The notes: a model not told the origin generated them from the letters alone. Positions 13,559 to 25,585 are shown, numbered from the whole stretch's first letter. The stretch: 63,626 bases of DNA, filler included, from Octopus bimaculoides (GCF_001194135.2; 6 parts of 4 records of this genome joined end to end with filler, not necessarily neighbours in it); one strand, 5' to 3'. Translations and numbers: made by a program.

Positions 13559-13708
13559 GAAACTGCTCCTGGGGGGCAATTCCTGCCCTTGAAAATACAC
13601 ACAAATGAAGCCTAGGTGCTTCGCAACAAAATTATTAAAAAATTCCAACAAAATGTGGACAATAAAAGGTCAAATAAACGTTTACCTTCGCAGCCGATGT
13701 GACAGCAC

Positions 13709-13718
13709 GTCCGTGAGA

Positions 13719-13795
<77 letters not shown>

Positions 13796-13839
13796 AAAGT
13801 AGATAGATAGATAAGCAAGTAGACAGAAAAAAACAGACT

Positions 13840-13898
<59 letters not shown>
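13709..13898. repeat. (GATA)n array flanking the Tx1 3' end
   Basis: Read directly from the sequence. Confidence 0.95.
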
Positions 13899-13902
<4 letters not shown>

Positions 13903-15455
13903 TTTCTTTATTAGTCACACAGGGCTGAACACAGAGGGGACAAGTTACAAAGTAGAGCTCTTCTTTTTGGGGAGGAGAAGGAAGGGGAAAAAATGTTTGT
14001 AGTAAAAAAATTTTAAAAGGGGGTAGATTTTTGATCGTAAAAAAAAACGATCAATAGGGATCGTGTATCACAGAAATGTCATGATGTAAAGTGTAAAGGG
14101 GGAAACAGATTAGGTTTACGCGTAGGAAGAAAAGCCTACGGAAAAGGCCACGGTAACCTTGGCCAATAATGTCATGCAGAAAAACACATTACAGTAAGTG
14201 ACTCTCTTTTTACCTTTTTTTTTTCTGGTTCATATGGTTCAGATGCTCAAGGTGGCTCCGTCATTCACACGTGCCATCCTTGCTAAATTCACCCATCTTT
14301 TCTTGAAGCATTCAGTGGACAGAACTTCCCTCTCTACTCTTACCTTCCTCTTCAAATGATACTTGAAAAAGTTGATGAGAGATTCACCAGAGAGGAAAGC
14401 GTTTGTCTCTAGACCTTTCAGACGCGTCCACCATATACATTCTTTCACCATAGCCACAAGTACGATGAAAATGGCTCTTTCCTCTCGTTTCAATGAAGGA
14501 GGCGCGACAATATTCACGATAGACTCGGCTGATAAACTGACTCATCCCACACGCAATAGCAGTTGTTCGACATAAGCCCACAGGTCGGAAATGGTTGGAT
14601 ATTGTGCGATCGCGTGCAGAACGGTTTCGTCGCTCTATCCGCACCTCGGACAGGTCAGCCCTGTGTTTCTCGAGCCATGCCTGTAGAGCTTATCCCGAAC
14701 GGGTAGCGCTTCTCGATAGCACTGCCAGTCCAGGGATTTCTGAAAGTTGTTTATAGGTCCCGGCCCGAAAGTCGTCTTGAACAGGCGGGTCAGGTATTCC
14801 TCGTCAACGCCCAGCTTCACCCCGAGATCGTCGTCGTACTTCTCCTCCACTAATCCTCTATAGAATGCTTTGGTTTTTTTGCAGTCACTCAAGGTCGACC
14901 CGGGACGGCATAGCTGCTTGAGAGAAACGCGACACTCGCGGCGCCATTCGCCCTTCCTCGGCCTCTTTTTGATTNNNNNNNNNNNNNNNNNNNNNNNNNN
15001 NNNNNGTCGCAGTCTCAGCGCGTGTCTGCGCATCATCAACCACGGCATGCCCAGCCCTCTTTTTAACGGGTGTTGGCAGCAAACGGATCACCTGACCATC
15101 GCAACGCTTCCTTTCCACAAGAAGCGAAAGAGAATTCGTTCCAGTTTGGTGATGGTAGGGTCGGGACAAGGCACGACGGTCAGGCGGTAGTAGATGACGG
15201 ACGCGATGTACGTGTTCGCCACCTCCATCCGACCTTTTATGGACAGTTTCCTCTCACGCCATTGCCGGGCGAGAGTAACCACCCTACTCGTTATCTCGTC
15301 CCAGTTCTTCTCCGTTTGGAGGTCCGGACCAAACCAAACCCCGATCAACTCGACCGGACCGTCCGTCCAGAGTCCCACAACGAAGGCGCAGCTGGACGGC
15401 ATGGTCTTGCTTCTCCAGGTACCGAGCCGCAAGCCTACTGATATTTCTCGGTTGG

Positions 15456-15456
<1 letters not shown>
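13899..15456 (-). mobile_element. 5'-truncated Tx1-clade (L1 superfamily) LINE: ORF2 C-terminal half plus 3' UTR
   Basis: ORF pieces: WTDGPVELIGVWFGPDL..NWDEITSRV..WRERKLSIKGRMEVANTYIASVIYYRLTV..LERILFRFLWKG..CQHPLKRGLGMPWL..REALPVRDKL..TCPRCG..ETVLHA (zf-RVT-like CCHC region)..KECIWWTRL. The 3' end is AATAAAGAAATATT followed by (ATCT)n. Confidence 0.9.
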
Positions 15457-15512
<56 letters not shown>

Positions 15513-15540
15513 TGATTGATTGATTGATTGATTGATAGAT
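15456..15540. repeat. (GATA)n/(GATT)n array flanking the Tx1 5' truncation
   Basis: Read directly from the sequence. Confidence 0.95.
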
Positions 15541-15544
15541 ACAT

Positions 15545-16830
15545 ACGTACGTACATATGGAAAAAAGTGAAAGGGGTACAGTGAACTTGCCGTGAAGAGT
15601 GGAATATCCAACGGTTCGGATTCAATCCTTTGTCAGGGGGGGGGGGGCAGAGAAAAAAGAGAAGAAAAGGAGGAAAAAGCCAAACAGAGTTTACATCCTC
15701 TCAGCTTGAAAAACTGGCTGCAACTGATAATGGATGCAGAATAACACGGGCTGCTAACGGGAAAGGGAAATTATAGGAGAGGGCATGCAGAAACGTGAAG
15801 GAAAAGGAGTGATGGAGAGAGTAGAGGTAAGTAAATACGGGAATATTGCAGAGAGAGAAGGTGGAAGGAGGATTAAAAAGAGTAAAAAAGAATTAAGGGG
15901 AGGTGAAAGAATGAAAGAAAAAACGTTCATTCATACCTGTTGTGGACCTAGTGCCAAGATCAAATATGAGACGTTGCTCCTTCCGTATCCTAGAGAAGGG
16001 GGATCCGTGGTGCAAGGCCATACTACACGCTGATAAATCTGCAATAGAATGATTCACAGTGTTGAAGTGGGTGGCGAAAGGTTGGCCTGACATACGAAGC
16101 ATTATGCTTCGGATGTGTTCGCAAAACCGAAGCCCAAGGGGTCGCCCTGTTTCTCCAATGTAAAGAGCACTGTAGCGTTTGCATACAATGCAATATATGA
16201 GATTCGCCGAAGTGCAACAAAAGTGGTGTGTTATGTGATATTGCTTCTTGGGCCCCGTGATGGTGGTAATATTGTTGATGTTGGGGAATGTGTTACATCT
16301 TCGGCGAGAACGTTTAAAGGTTCCTGGTTAAGCGGAGCTGGAAGCTGTGAAGCTTCTAACAAGGAGATTCCTAAGACTCCTATATTTTTTTAAAAGACAG
16401 GAGAGGTGGTGTGGAAAAGATAGGGGAAGTCGTTGGGTCAGAATGAAGAATGCGAAAGTTGTGGGTGAGTTTGTGCTGTAGAGAGAAGATGGACGGATAG
16501 TAGGTGAGAGAGAGAGAGAGTGGGATACGGTCGGTGGGAGTGCGTGAAGATGGTAGGATAGCCGCGGTGTGGTTGATGGCTTGGGCTCAGTGGAGTGCCG
16601 AGTCGACAATTGATTTAGGAAACCCTCGATTTAGAAAAAACTGTCGCATCGTTTTGCAATGGGATTCAAAATCCGAATCGATGCTGCAAAGTCGTTGAAG
16701 GCGAAGAAATTGAGAGAAAGGTAAAACAGATTTAATGTTTGGAGAAACAGGCGACGCCTTGGGTATCGTTTTAGCGAACACATTAGAAGTATAATGCTTC
16801 ATATGCCAAGTCAAGCTGTCGCCACCCACT
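15545..16830 (-). mobile_element. Penelope-like element 1 (5'-truncated): RT C-terminal linker, GIY-YIG endonuclease and 3' terminal region
   Basis: LPFSQFLRLQRLCSIDSDFESHCKTMRQFFLNRGFP; KKYRSLRNLLVRS; FCCTSANLIYCIVCKRYSALYIGETGRPLG (GIY-YIG); RKEQRLIFDLGTRSTTGMNERF. Confidence 0.9.
15608..15639 (-). ncRNA. Degenerate minimal type I hammerhead-like motif at the end of PLE-1
   Basis: Minus strand CCC-CTGACAA-A-GGAT-TGA-ATCC-GAACCGTT-GG. Helix II is intact; two substitutions separate it from CTGACGA...GAAACGTT. Confidence 0.45.
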
Positions 16831-16935
16831 TCAACACTGAATCATTCTATTGCAGATTTATCAGTGTGCGGTATGGCCTTGCACCACGGATCCCCCTTCG
16901 CTAGGAAATGGAGGGAGCAACGTCTCATATTTGAT
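16828..16935 (+). mobile_element. Inverted copy of the PLE-1 GIY-YIG 3' segment
   Basis: tcgccacccacttcaacactg..gagcaacgtctcatatttgat is the reverse complement of about 15960-16075, with scattered substitutions. Confidence 0.9.
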
Positions 16936-16990
16936 GTATGTTTGTCTGTATGTATGTATGTTTGTGTACATACTTACATATATACATATA

Positions 16991-17474
16991 TCTGCCCAGC
17001 GGATGTTAACATAAAGCTGAAGATCAGTGAAGAAGAGAATACCTACGCTGAACTATAGAGAAATCTGCAATTACACTACCCAGATTACGAGTTCAGGTTT
17101 ATACCTGTAATCATTGGGTCCCTGGGATGTGTAACACACTGCCTAAATACCAATCTTGAGAAATTATGCTTCTGAAAACCAGAAAGGAGAAAGCTAATTC
17201 GAGGACTTCAGATCCAATCCTTCACTGGAACTGTAAGAATCTGTAAAACTTTCCAGAAGTTTATCATTTAAATATATATGAGCATGTCGAGATATGTAAC
17301 TATATGCATGAGAATGCATACATAGAACATACATACATACATACATACATACATACATACAAACAAAAATACTCTGTAGTTGATGTTGAAATTCCAATTA
17401 GGGAACCTTGGATCTAGGTTAGAAACCGGTTCTTTCTCTATTGGTAAGAGATCTTGAAATGAACTGAATACTGA
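16991..17474 (+). mobile_element. R4/Dong-type RLE LINE 3' end
   Basis: CPADVNIKLKISEEENTYAEL*RNLQLHYPDYEFRFIPVIIGSLGCV..LQIQSFTGTVRICKTFQKFII*, then 3' UTR and (CATA)n tail. Confidence 0.85.
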
Positions 17475-18090
17475 CATACATACATACATACATACATACA
17501 TACATACATACATACATACATACATAAATGCATACATACATACATACATACATAATATATACATACATACATATGCATACGTACATATATAGATATATGT
17601 AGATGCATGAGTGTAGGTATGTATGTGTGTGTTTGTGTATGTGTTAGTGTTTGTGTGTGTGTCTGTGCCTGCATGTATATATATGTGTGTATATACATAC
17701 ATGAGTACATACATAAATACATGCATATGCTTACATATAGAGATATACCTATATGAATGTGTGTAGGTATGTGTGTGTGTTTGTGTATNNNNNNNNNNNN
17801 NNNNNNNNNNNNNNNNNNNNNNNNNNNNNNNNNNNNNNNNNNNNNNNNNNNNNNNNNNNNNNNNNNNNNNNNNNNNNNNNNNNNNNNNNNNNNNNNNNNN
17901 NNNNNNNNNNNNNNNNNNNNNNNNNNNNNNNNNNNNNNNNNGTGTATATACATCCACATATATATATACATACAGGCGCACACACAATGTATATCCATAC
18001 ATACGTACATATATACATACCTACATACGTCCATATATACATACATATGCATACGTACATACATAGATATACGTATATGCATGTGTGTAG

Positions 18091-18154
<64 letters not shown>

Positions 18155-19017
18155 GTGAATGTTTGCTCGAGTATATATGCTTGCGTATGTGTGCATGTGT
18201 ATGTCTGTTTTCAACTGGTCACAATGAAAATTAATCCATCAAAATTGTAGATTTATTACAAAAGCGAGTTTCAGATTTCTTTCGTAGAAATAATTAATTA
18301 GACTGGAAAAATAAACAGGCTTCATCTGAGAAGATGGAAGAAACTTAAGCAAAGCGGTAGGTGTAGAAAGTGAGTGAGTGAGTGACTGAGAGAGTGAGTG
18401 AGTGAGTGAGTGAGTGAGTGAAGGAGAGAGAAAGAGAGAGAGAGAAGGATATAGACAACGCGTGAGAGAAATAGAAAGGTAAAAAAAAAACAGATTGGAA
18501 AAAGAAACAGAATAGGTTGTTAATAAATTTCAACAAAAAAGAAATTATCTTAAATTTTTATTTTGCTCAATAAATTATTTTTTGTTTCAAAAAAAATCTA
18601 TTTACTTTTGCTTAATGAATTTTATTTATTTTTGTTGTTGTTGTTTTTATTAAATATTTTTCTCGTTAGAATAACAGCAGTGATTCATTAGATTTTTCAG
18701 GAAAGTAATTATGGTTCCTTCAGTTGTGTTCTTTTCTGTATGTTTTAATATTTTGTCCTCCAATGAGAAATAGTAACAGGCTATATCCGGTCTTGTGTCC
18801 TAATACATTTTAATAAACAATTTAAAGGATTGAACAATATATTATATGTGCGTATGTACATAAGTGCATATATATATATATAATATATATATATATAATA
18901 TATATATATATATATAANNNNNNNNNNNNNNNNNNNNNNNNNNNNNNNNNNNNNNNNNNNNNNNNNNNNNNNNNNNNNNNNNNNNNNNNNNNNNNNNNNN
19001 NNNNNNNNNNNNNNNNN

Positions 19018-19400
19018 AAATGGAAAACAGGACAAGTAACATAAAGAACGACCCTTCATCAGTTGTTTGCTGTCTATCTGCTCCTCATTTCGCGCATTGA
19101 ATGACAATATGAGTCTTCAAATACAGTTGCTCACATAAGTACCGGGATTTATGGAGGGTCAAAGTTGGGAAGAAAAACAGGACAGTGGAGGCATACAGGA
19201 AACCGAACGAAAACAAACATGGAAGGCCGTTAGACCAGAACGTGGGTAAAATATCGGACGTTGGAGAAATATTTTCTTTGACAAGAGAAAAGATAGAAGA
19301 GAGAGATAGAATACGTCCAGTCCTTAGGACAGTCCTGAAAGAAAAGAAAGATGGACGATGGTCACGTGTGAGTAACGAGAGCGAGAAAAGGAGAGAGAGA
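19018..19400 (-). mobile_element. Unclassified interspersed repeat, probable Penelope-type terminal region (copy 1)
   Basis: Diverged direct copy of 20069-20545. Minus strand has cgaaa...ctgatgaagggtcgttctttatgttacttgt. Confidence 0.55.
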
Positions 19401-20068
19401 GAGAGAGAGAAAACGGTGAAGGGGAGAAAAAGGGAATTAGAGAAAACGATGGGAAAGAAAACAGTATAGGGTAGAGTCGCATCAAAAAGATTAAGATAAA
19501 CTTACTTGGAAATGGATGGATGCGTGGCTTTCAATCAAATGATATAAATAATATANNNNNNNNNNNNNNNNNNNNNNNNNNNNNNNNNNNNNNNNNNNNN
19601 NNNNNNNNNNNNNNNNNNNNNNNNNNNNNNNNNNNNNNNNNNNNNNNNNNNNNNNNNNNNNNNNNNNNNNNNNNNNNNNNNNNNNNNNNNNNNNNNNNNN
19701 NNNNNNNNNNNNNNNNNNNNNNNNNNNNNNNNNNNNNNNNNNNNNNNNNNNNNNNNNNNNNNNNNNNNNNNNNNNNNNNNNNNNNNNNNNNNNNNNNNNN
19801 NNNNNNNNNNNNNNNNNNNNNNNNNNNNNNNNNNNNNNNNNNNNNNNNNNNNNNNNNNNNNNNNNNNNNNNNNNNNNNNNNNNNNNNNNNNNNNNNNNNN
19901 NNNNNNNNNNNNNNNNNNNNNNNNNNNNNNNNNNNNNNNNNNNNNNNNNNNNNNNNNNNNNNNNNNNNNNNNNNNNNNNNNNNNNNNNNNNNNNNNNNNN
20001 NNNNNNNNNNNNNNNNNNNNNNNNNNNNNNNNNNNNNNNNNNNNNNNNNNNNNNTATATATACATATT

Positions 20069-20545
20069 CATATATGGGTACAGGACGTCATGAACAGTAA
20101 ACAACATGAAAAACGTAAAACAAATGAGTTCAGTACGCAAATAACGAGGGAAACAAATGGAAAACAGGACAAGTAACATAAAGAACGACCCTTCATCAAC
20201 TGCCGGCTGTCTACTCCTCATTTCGAGAATTTAATGACAATATGAGTCTTCGAAGATAGTTGCACCCATATGTACCAAAATAAAATTTGGGATTTATTGA
20301 GGATCAAAGTTGGGAACAAACGAAAACAAACACGGAGGGTCGTTAGGCCAGAACGAGGGTAAAATAGATAATGCTGCAGAAATATTTTCTTTGACAAGAG
20401 AGAAGATAGAAGAGAGAGAGATAGAATATGTCCAGCCCTTAAGACATTCCTGAAAGAAAAGAAAGATGATAATGTGAGGAAAAGAAAGATGGACGATGGT
20501 CAAGTGTGAGAAACGAGAGAGAGAAAAGGTGAAAGAGGGGAGAGA
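20069..20545 (-). mobile_element. Unclassified interspersed repeat, probable Penelope-type terminal region (copy 2)
   Basis: Homologous to 19018-19400. Ends gtcctgtacccatatatg at TA repeats; shares motifs with 47844-47970. Confidence 0.55.
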
Positions 20546-20656
20546 GATAGATAGAAAACGAGTTGAGATGGCTTTTGGGGGGATAATTTTAATAATAAAG
20601 TAATAATTATTATTAAAATAAAAAATTATCCAAAAAGCCATGCATATACATAGATC

Positions 20657-20850
20657 GTGGCACTCCGTCGCTTACGGCGACGAGGGTTCCAGTTGATCCG
20701 ATCAATGGAACAGCCTGCTTGTAAAATTAACGTGCAAGTGGCTGAACACTCCACAAACACGTGTACCCTTAACGTAGTTCTCGCGGAGATTCAGTGTGAC
20801 ACAGAGTGTGACAAGGCTGGCCCTTTGAAATACAGGCCATACAAGCCAGT
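20657..20850 (-). mobile_element. SINE tail type C fragment
   Basis: Reverse complement matches the tail of the 25054 and 58538 copies (aactacgttaagggtacacgtg..ttgcacgttaatt..gatcggatcaactggaaccctcg). Confidence 0.85.
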
Positions 20851-20949
20851 TTAACTTAATTCGTCCTTAGTTGAAAGACACCTGTTGCTATCTCCTGTTA
20901 TTTGTATTTGTGTAACATGCTCCGTTTTTTTTCCGTCCTTGTCTTCATA

Positions 20950-21210
20950 TACATTCGCTGCTTTCTTCTATGGAATCTAATGCTCTTGGCTTAGTTTTTC
21001 CCCGGGGCTGACCTGATTGGAGCAATCTCGAGTATAACCAGCCGAAATTGCAAAGATAATCTGGAACTCGACTGAGGAAAGAAAACTCCGAATGACCCGT
21101 CCTTGTTTTCTTTGTATCGTCTATCTGGATGTTTTGTCGTCCTTTTTTTGTGTCACCTAACTGTCTGGATGTCTTGCGTTCTTGTCCCATTTTGTATTTT
21201 TCATATATAA
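20950..21210 (+). mobile_element. Probable Penelope-type 3' terminus
   Basis: Weak WNL..FPGL ending reminiscent of PLE W..L..P.GLN; then CTGAGGA..CTCC-GAA..GTC; a pyrimidine-rich tail ending at tatata. Confidence 0.35.
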
Positions 21211-21469
21211 AACATATAGCGGCGTACGTACACTTTGGTCTCTCTCCTATATATATATATACATACATACTAGCTGTCTTGTTCTGCCTNNNNNNNNNNN
21301 NNNNNNNNNNNNNNNNNNNNNNNNNNNNNNNNNNNNNNNNNNNNNNNNNNNNNNNNNNNNNNNNNNNNNNNNNNNNNNNNNNNNNNNNNNNNNNNNNNNN
21401 NNNNNNNNNNNNNNNNNNNNNNNNNNNNNNNNNNNNNNNNNNNNNNNNNNNNNNNNNNNNNNNNNNNNN

Positions 21470-21525
<56 letters not shown>

Positions 21526-21566
21526 AACAAACACACACACGTATGTCTGTGTGTGTATTTTTTTAT

Positions 21567-21745
21567 ATTTTACTGGTTTCAGTCATTGGATTGCAGCCAT
21601 GCTGGGGCACCGCTTCGTAGGGTTTAGTCGAACAAATCGTATCCAGTGCTTATTCTATCGTCCTATTTGCCGGACCACTAAGTTACCGAGACGTAAATTA
21701 ACCAACACTTGTCAAGTGGTTGTAGGGGACAAACACAAAGATACA
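21567..21745 (-). mobile_element. SINE family A, 3' half
   Basis: tttcagtcattggattgcagccatgctggggcaccgc.. is the reverse complement of the family A tail. Confidence 0.8.
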
Positions 21746-21889
21746 CACATGCGCAAACACAAGGATGCACACACGCACACACACACGCAAATGTATGTGT
21801 GTGTGTATACAGACATACAAGCATACATATATACATACGTACACAAAAGCACACACATACATACCCACATACACACGCACATACACACA

Positions 21890-21960
21890 CATACATACAT
21901 ACATACATACATACATACATACATACATACATACATACATACATACGTACGTACGTACAT
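21890..21960. repeat. (CATA)n array
   Basis: Read directly; lies immediately upstream of an R4/Dong fragment. Confidence 0.95.
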
Positions 21961-21964
21961 AACA

Positions 21965-22510
21965 CCCTTGTAACTGAATACGTACACAGATATCAGCACA
22001 GCATATTACTGATCAAACATACCCATCAAACATCTGTCAAGTGAAAGTATAACAGGCGGCATATTGTTGCTTAGGATAGACAAGAAAAAGTATGTACCGT
22101 CAGAGAGGTCAGCTGTCCTACTGATGTGAATATCTCTTTGAAAATCAAAGAGAGAGAAGATAACTAAAGACAACTGCTTCGAAGCTTCTAATTTCTATAT
22201 ATAGATTACAAATTTGCATTTATACCATTAATAATTGGTGTACTTGGTTCTGTGAATAAATGCCCAACTGTCAGTCTGGATAAGTTTGGATTTTCAGAAA
22301 AATAAATCAACCAACTGACTCGCACATTACTTATACAATCTGTAAGTGGAACAGTAAAACAATGCAAGACTTTTCTCAGGTTTAAAATGTGACATTGTTT
22401 TTCTTTATCTACATTCCAAAGATAGGGCTTTGTATCTTTGTTAGAAGCCAGCTCCTTCTTTATAGGAAGAATTTAAATGATTAAAAACAGAAAAGAAACA
22501 TATGTACATA
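21965..22510 (+). mobile_element. R4/Dong-type RLE LINE 3' fragment, divergent subfamily
   Basis: K*KYNRRHIVA*DRQEKVCTVREVSCPTDVNISLKIKE..YKFAFIPLIIGVLGSV..QSVSGTVKQCKTFLRFKM*. Confidence 0.75.
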
Positions 22511-22884
22511 TACACAAACATACATCATACGTACAAGCAACAAGTCGAGTATTTGGCGTGGGAGACTATTTATCAAAAATACGATGAATACGACTACAAC
22601 TTTGGAGCCACAATTATTAACTTTGTTAATAACCGGTTAATCTTCAGATGAATTAACTGAGGGGGCCTTTTATTCACGATCGTAGTGATTTTCCACTGAA
22701 ACTTGAATTTAGCATGCAGAGAGTTACTACAAACAACATGACTGGACACAACATCAACAAAAATACAACAGAGGAACAGAACGAAAATAACAACTCAACA
22801 AGTAAACAAATTCTTTCTAACTGTACTTACAGAAGCCATAACTACAAAATTCATTTCCGTTGGAGTTATGAATTGAATACTGAT

Positions 22885-23168
22885 CTATTAATTCGAAGCC
22901 TACTGATCCAATTTATCACTGGAACAGTAAAAATCTGTAAAACTTTCCAAATGTTTATTATTTAAATATATATGAGCATGTCTAGACATGCAACTATACG
23001 CATGAGAATACATACATGAAGCAAAACATACAAATCTGCACATATACATACATACCAACAAAAATGCCCTGTTGATGTTGAAATTCCAATGAAGGAGCCT
23101 TGAATCTAAGTTAGAAACCGACTCTTTCTCTATTGGCAAGAACTCTTGAAATAAAACTGAACAATGAC
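22885..23168 (+). mobile_element. R4/Dong-type LINE extreme 3' end
   Basis: LIRSLLIQFITGTVKICKTFQMFII*, then a 3' UTR colinear with 17270-17474 and (CATA)n. Confidence 0.85.
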
Positions 23169-23199
<31 letters not shown>

Positions 23200-23204
23200 C
23201 ATAC

Positions 23205-23351
23205 ATGCACGACGATTTTCAGTTTCAGCCAACCAGATGCACTCACAAGACCTTGGTCAACTCGAGGCTATAGTAGAAAACATTGCCGAATGTTCCGCAG
23301 AGTGGGAATGAACCAAGACCACATGGTTGAGAAGTAAGCTTGTTAACCACA
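23205..23351 (-). mobile_element. SINE family A, 5' head fragment
   Basis: Reverse complement: tgtggttaacaagcttac..catgtggtcttggttcattccc..ctactatagcctcgagttgaccaaggtcttgtgag. Confidence 0.7.
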
Positions 23352-23865
23352 NNNNNNNNNNTATATATATATATATATATTTTAATGCATTTGTTTTGTT
23401 GTTTATTCTTTCGTCTTGTCTTTATTGTCCTTCCTTCTTTTTATTATGTTCTTCATGACATGAATAAAAAGTTATGCGGTTCAAACACAGTTACACTGTC
23501 TAAACTCATACAAATTAATCTGAAACTGGACTCAAAATCCAGTCACGGATTGGTTCGCCAGGCGTTTTCCTGTACTCATCAGTCACTGACAATACGGATG
23601 TATCTACAGTCGTAAACACCGACGCAGCCGAAATTAAATACACATGAATATAGTCACAGAAATATACAACTCTATTCAGAGGCAAAAACCCATACATACA
23701 CAAACATACATATATACAGATATTCCAATAATAGCAGACATCGATCCAATTCACAACATTTCATTAAACAACTTTAAACGCAATGTTAACAAGAACATTG
23801 TTACTTGTAAAAATACAGACGGTTTAATACGATCGTTTGTTGTTTCTTTTCCTCTCTTTGTTGTG

Positions 23866-23913
<48 letters not shown>

Positions 23914-23945
23914 ACAAACATACACAAATACATATTAGATATATA

Positions 23946-24045
23946 NNNNNNNNNNNNNNNNNNNNNNNNNNNNNNNNNNNNNNNNNNNNTTAATTAATTA
24001 ANNNNNNNNNNNNNNNNNNNNNNNNNNNNNNNNNNNNNNNNNNNN
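23946..24045. other. Artificial assembly spacer 44N-TTAATTAATTAA-44N
   Basis: Same 100-bp spacer. Confidence 0.95.
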
Positions 24046-24364
24046 CGGCATCGTACATCTGTTTTTTAACCACACTTCCTTTTATCCAATGTCCAGCTGT
24101 TGTGTGTCTTTCAACGATTCAGTCTGTCGATCACTGGCCAGACCTCGGCTCATATCCACAGCCATACATACACATACAGTCCGACACACGGAAATACGAA
24201 AGGCATGTTCTTACACACAGAAGCACACACACACACACACACAGACGTGTGCGTGTAAGATGTGTATGAAGCATATACATTAGATTAGTGTAGTATGTTT
24301 GTGTGTGTTCGTATATATATACAAATGTGTGTGTTTAGAGAGAGAGAAATATTCGCATATATAT

Positions 24365-24560
24365 GGGAGAATATACAAATAATAACAACAGACGAGGACA
24401 GGTGGTGTAAATAACAAAAGGATGTATTAGTATGACGCTCGGGAATACGGAAAGTCTTTGACGTTTCGAGCTACGCTCTTCAACAGAAAGAATACGGAGA
24501 CAAGGAGAAAAACACGGAGAAAAAAAATTGAATAGTGTTCAGTCAACGGTCAATCATATT
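24365..24560 (-). mobile_element. Penelope-type terminal (pLTR-like) fragment carrying a hammerhead-like motif
   Basis: Closely similar reverse-complement copy of 59145-59350; motif at 24455-24491; ends at tatata. Confidence 0.65.
24455..24491 (-). ncRNA. Minimal type I hammerhead-like motif (variant core)
   Basis: TCTTT-CTGTTGA-A-GAGC-GTA-GCTC-GAA-ACGT-C-AAAGA on the minus strand, identical to 59215-59251. Confidence 0.55.
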
Positions 24561-25053
24561 CGCATATATACTAGTAGAGGGAAATATTTATGGAAGCATG
24601 TGTCTGTACTTAAACACACACACACACACACACATGGATAGATAGATAGATAGATAGATAGATAGANNNNNNNNNNNNNNNNNNNNNNNNNNNNNNNNNN
24701 NNNNNNNNNNNNNNNNNNNNNNNNNNNNNNNNNNNNNNNNNNNNNNNNNNNNNNNNNNNNNNNNNNNNNNNNNNNNNNNNNNNNNNNNNNNNNNNNNNNN
24801 NNNNNNNNNNNNNNNNNNNNNNNNNNNNNNNNNNNNNNNNNNNNNNNNNNNNNNNNNNNNNNNNNNNNNNNNNNNNNNNNNNNNNNNNNNNNNNNNNNNN
24901 NNNNNNNNNNNNNNNNNNNNNNNNNNNNNNNNNNNNNNNNNNNNNNNNNNNNNNNNNNNNNNNNNNNNNNNNNNNNNNNNNNNNNNNNNNNNNNNNNNNN
25001 NNNNNNNNNNNNNNNNNNNNNNNNNNNNNNNNNNNNNNNNNNNNNNNNNNNNN

Positions 25054-25410
25054 AGGATTCCAGTTGATCCGATCAACGGAACAGCCTGCTCGTGAAATTA
25101 ACGTGCAAGTGGCTGAGCACTCCACAGACACGTGTACCCTTAACGTAGTTCTCGGGGAGATTCAGCGTGACACAGTGTGACAAGGCTGACCCTTTGAATT
25201 ACAGGCACAACAGAAACAGGAAGTAAGAGTGAGAGAAAGTTGTGGTGAAAGAGTACAGCAGGGTTCGCCACCATCCCCTGCTGGAGCCTCGTGGGGCTTT
25301 AGGTGTTTTCGCTCAATAAACACTCACAACGCCCGGTCTGGGAATCGAAACCACGATCCTATGACAGCGAGTCCGCTTCCCTAACCACGGGGCCATTGCA
25401 CCTCCACCTT
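25054..25410 (-). mobile_element. tRNA-derived SINE family C
   Basis: Head ggtgcaatggccccgtggttaggg (A box) and gtttcgattccc (B box); body colinear with 58538-58858. Confidence 0.9.
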
Positions 25411-25500
25411 AGAGGATTAATAATACGAAAAGGAAAATAGCTGTCGAAAAGTAAATAAATATACAAGTGTTACTTTCAGTCGGCAGAAGTTACGCAGTGA

Positions 25501-25585
25501 TTCAAGAGCCGAGAGTTTCGTGCTAAGCACTTAAAACCGAGAACTAGTTTGATAATTGCCAAGCACGAAACTCTCGACTCCTAAA
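25501..25585 (-). ncRNA. Candidate pre-miRNA-like hairpin
   Basis: On the minus strand, a continuous 24-bp helix (21 Watson-Crick, 3 G-U) with further pairing on both sides; the plus strand has C-A mismatches at those three positions. Confidence 0.35.
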
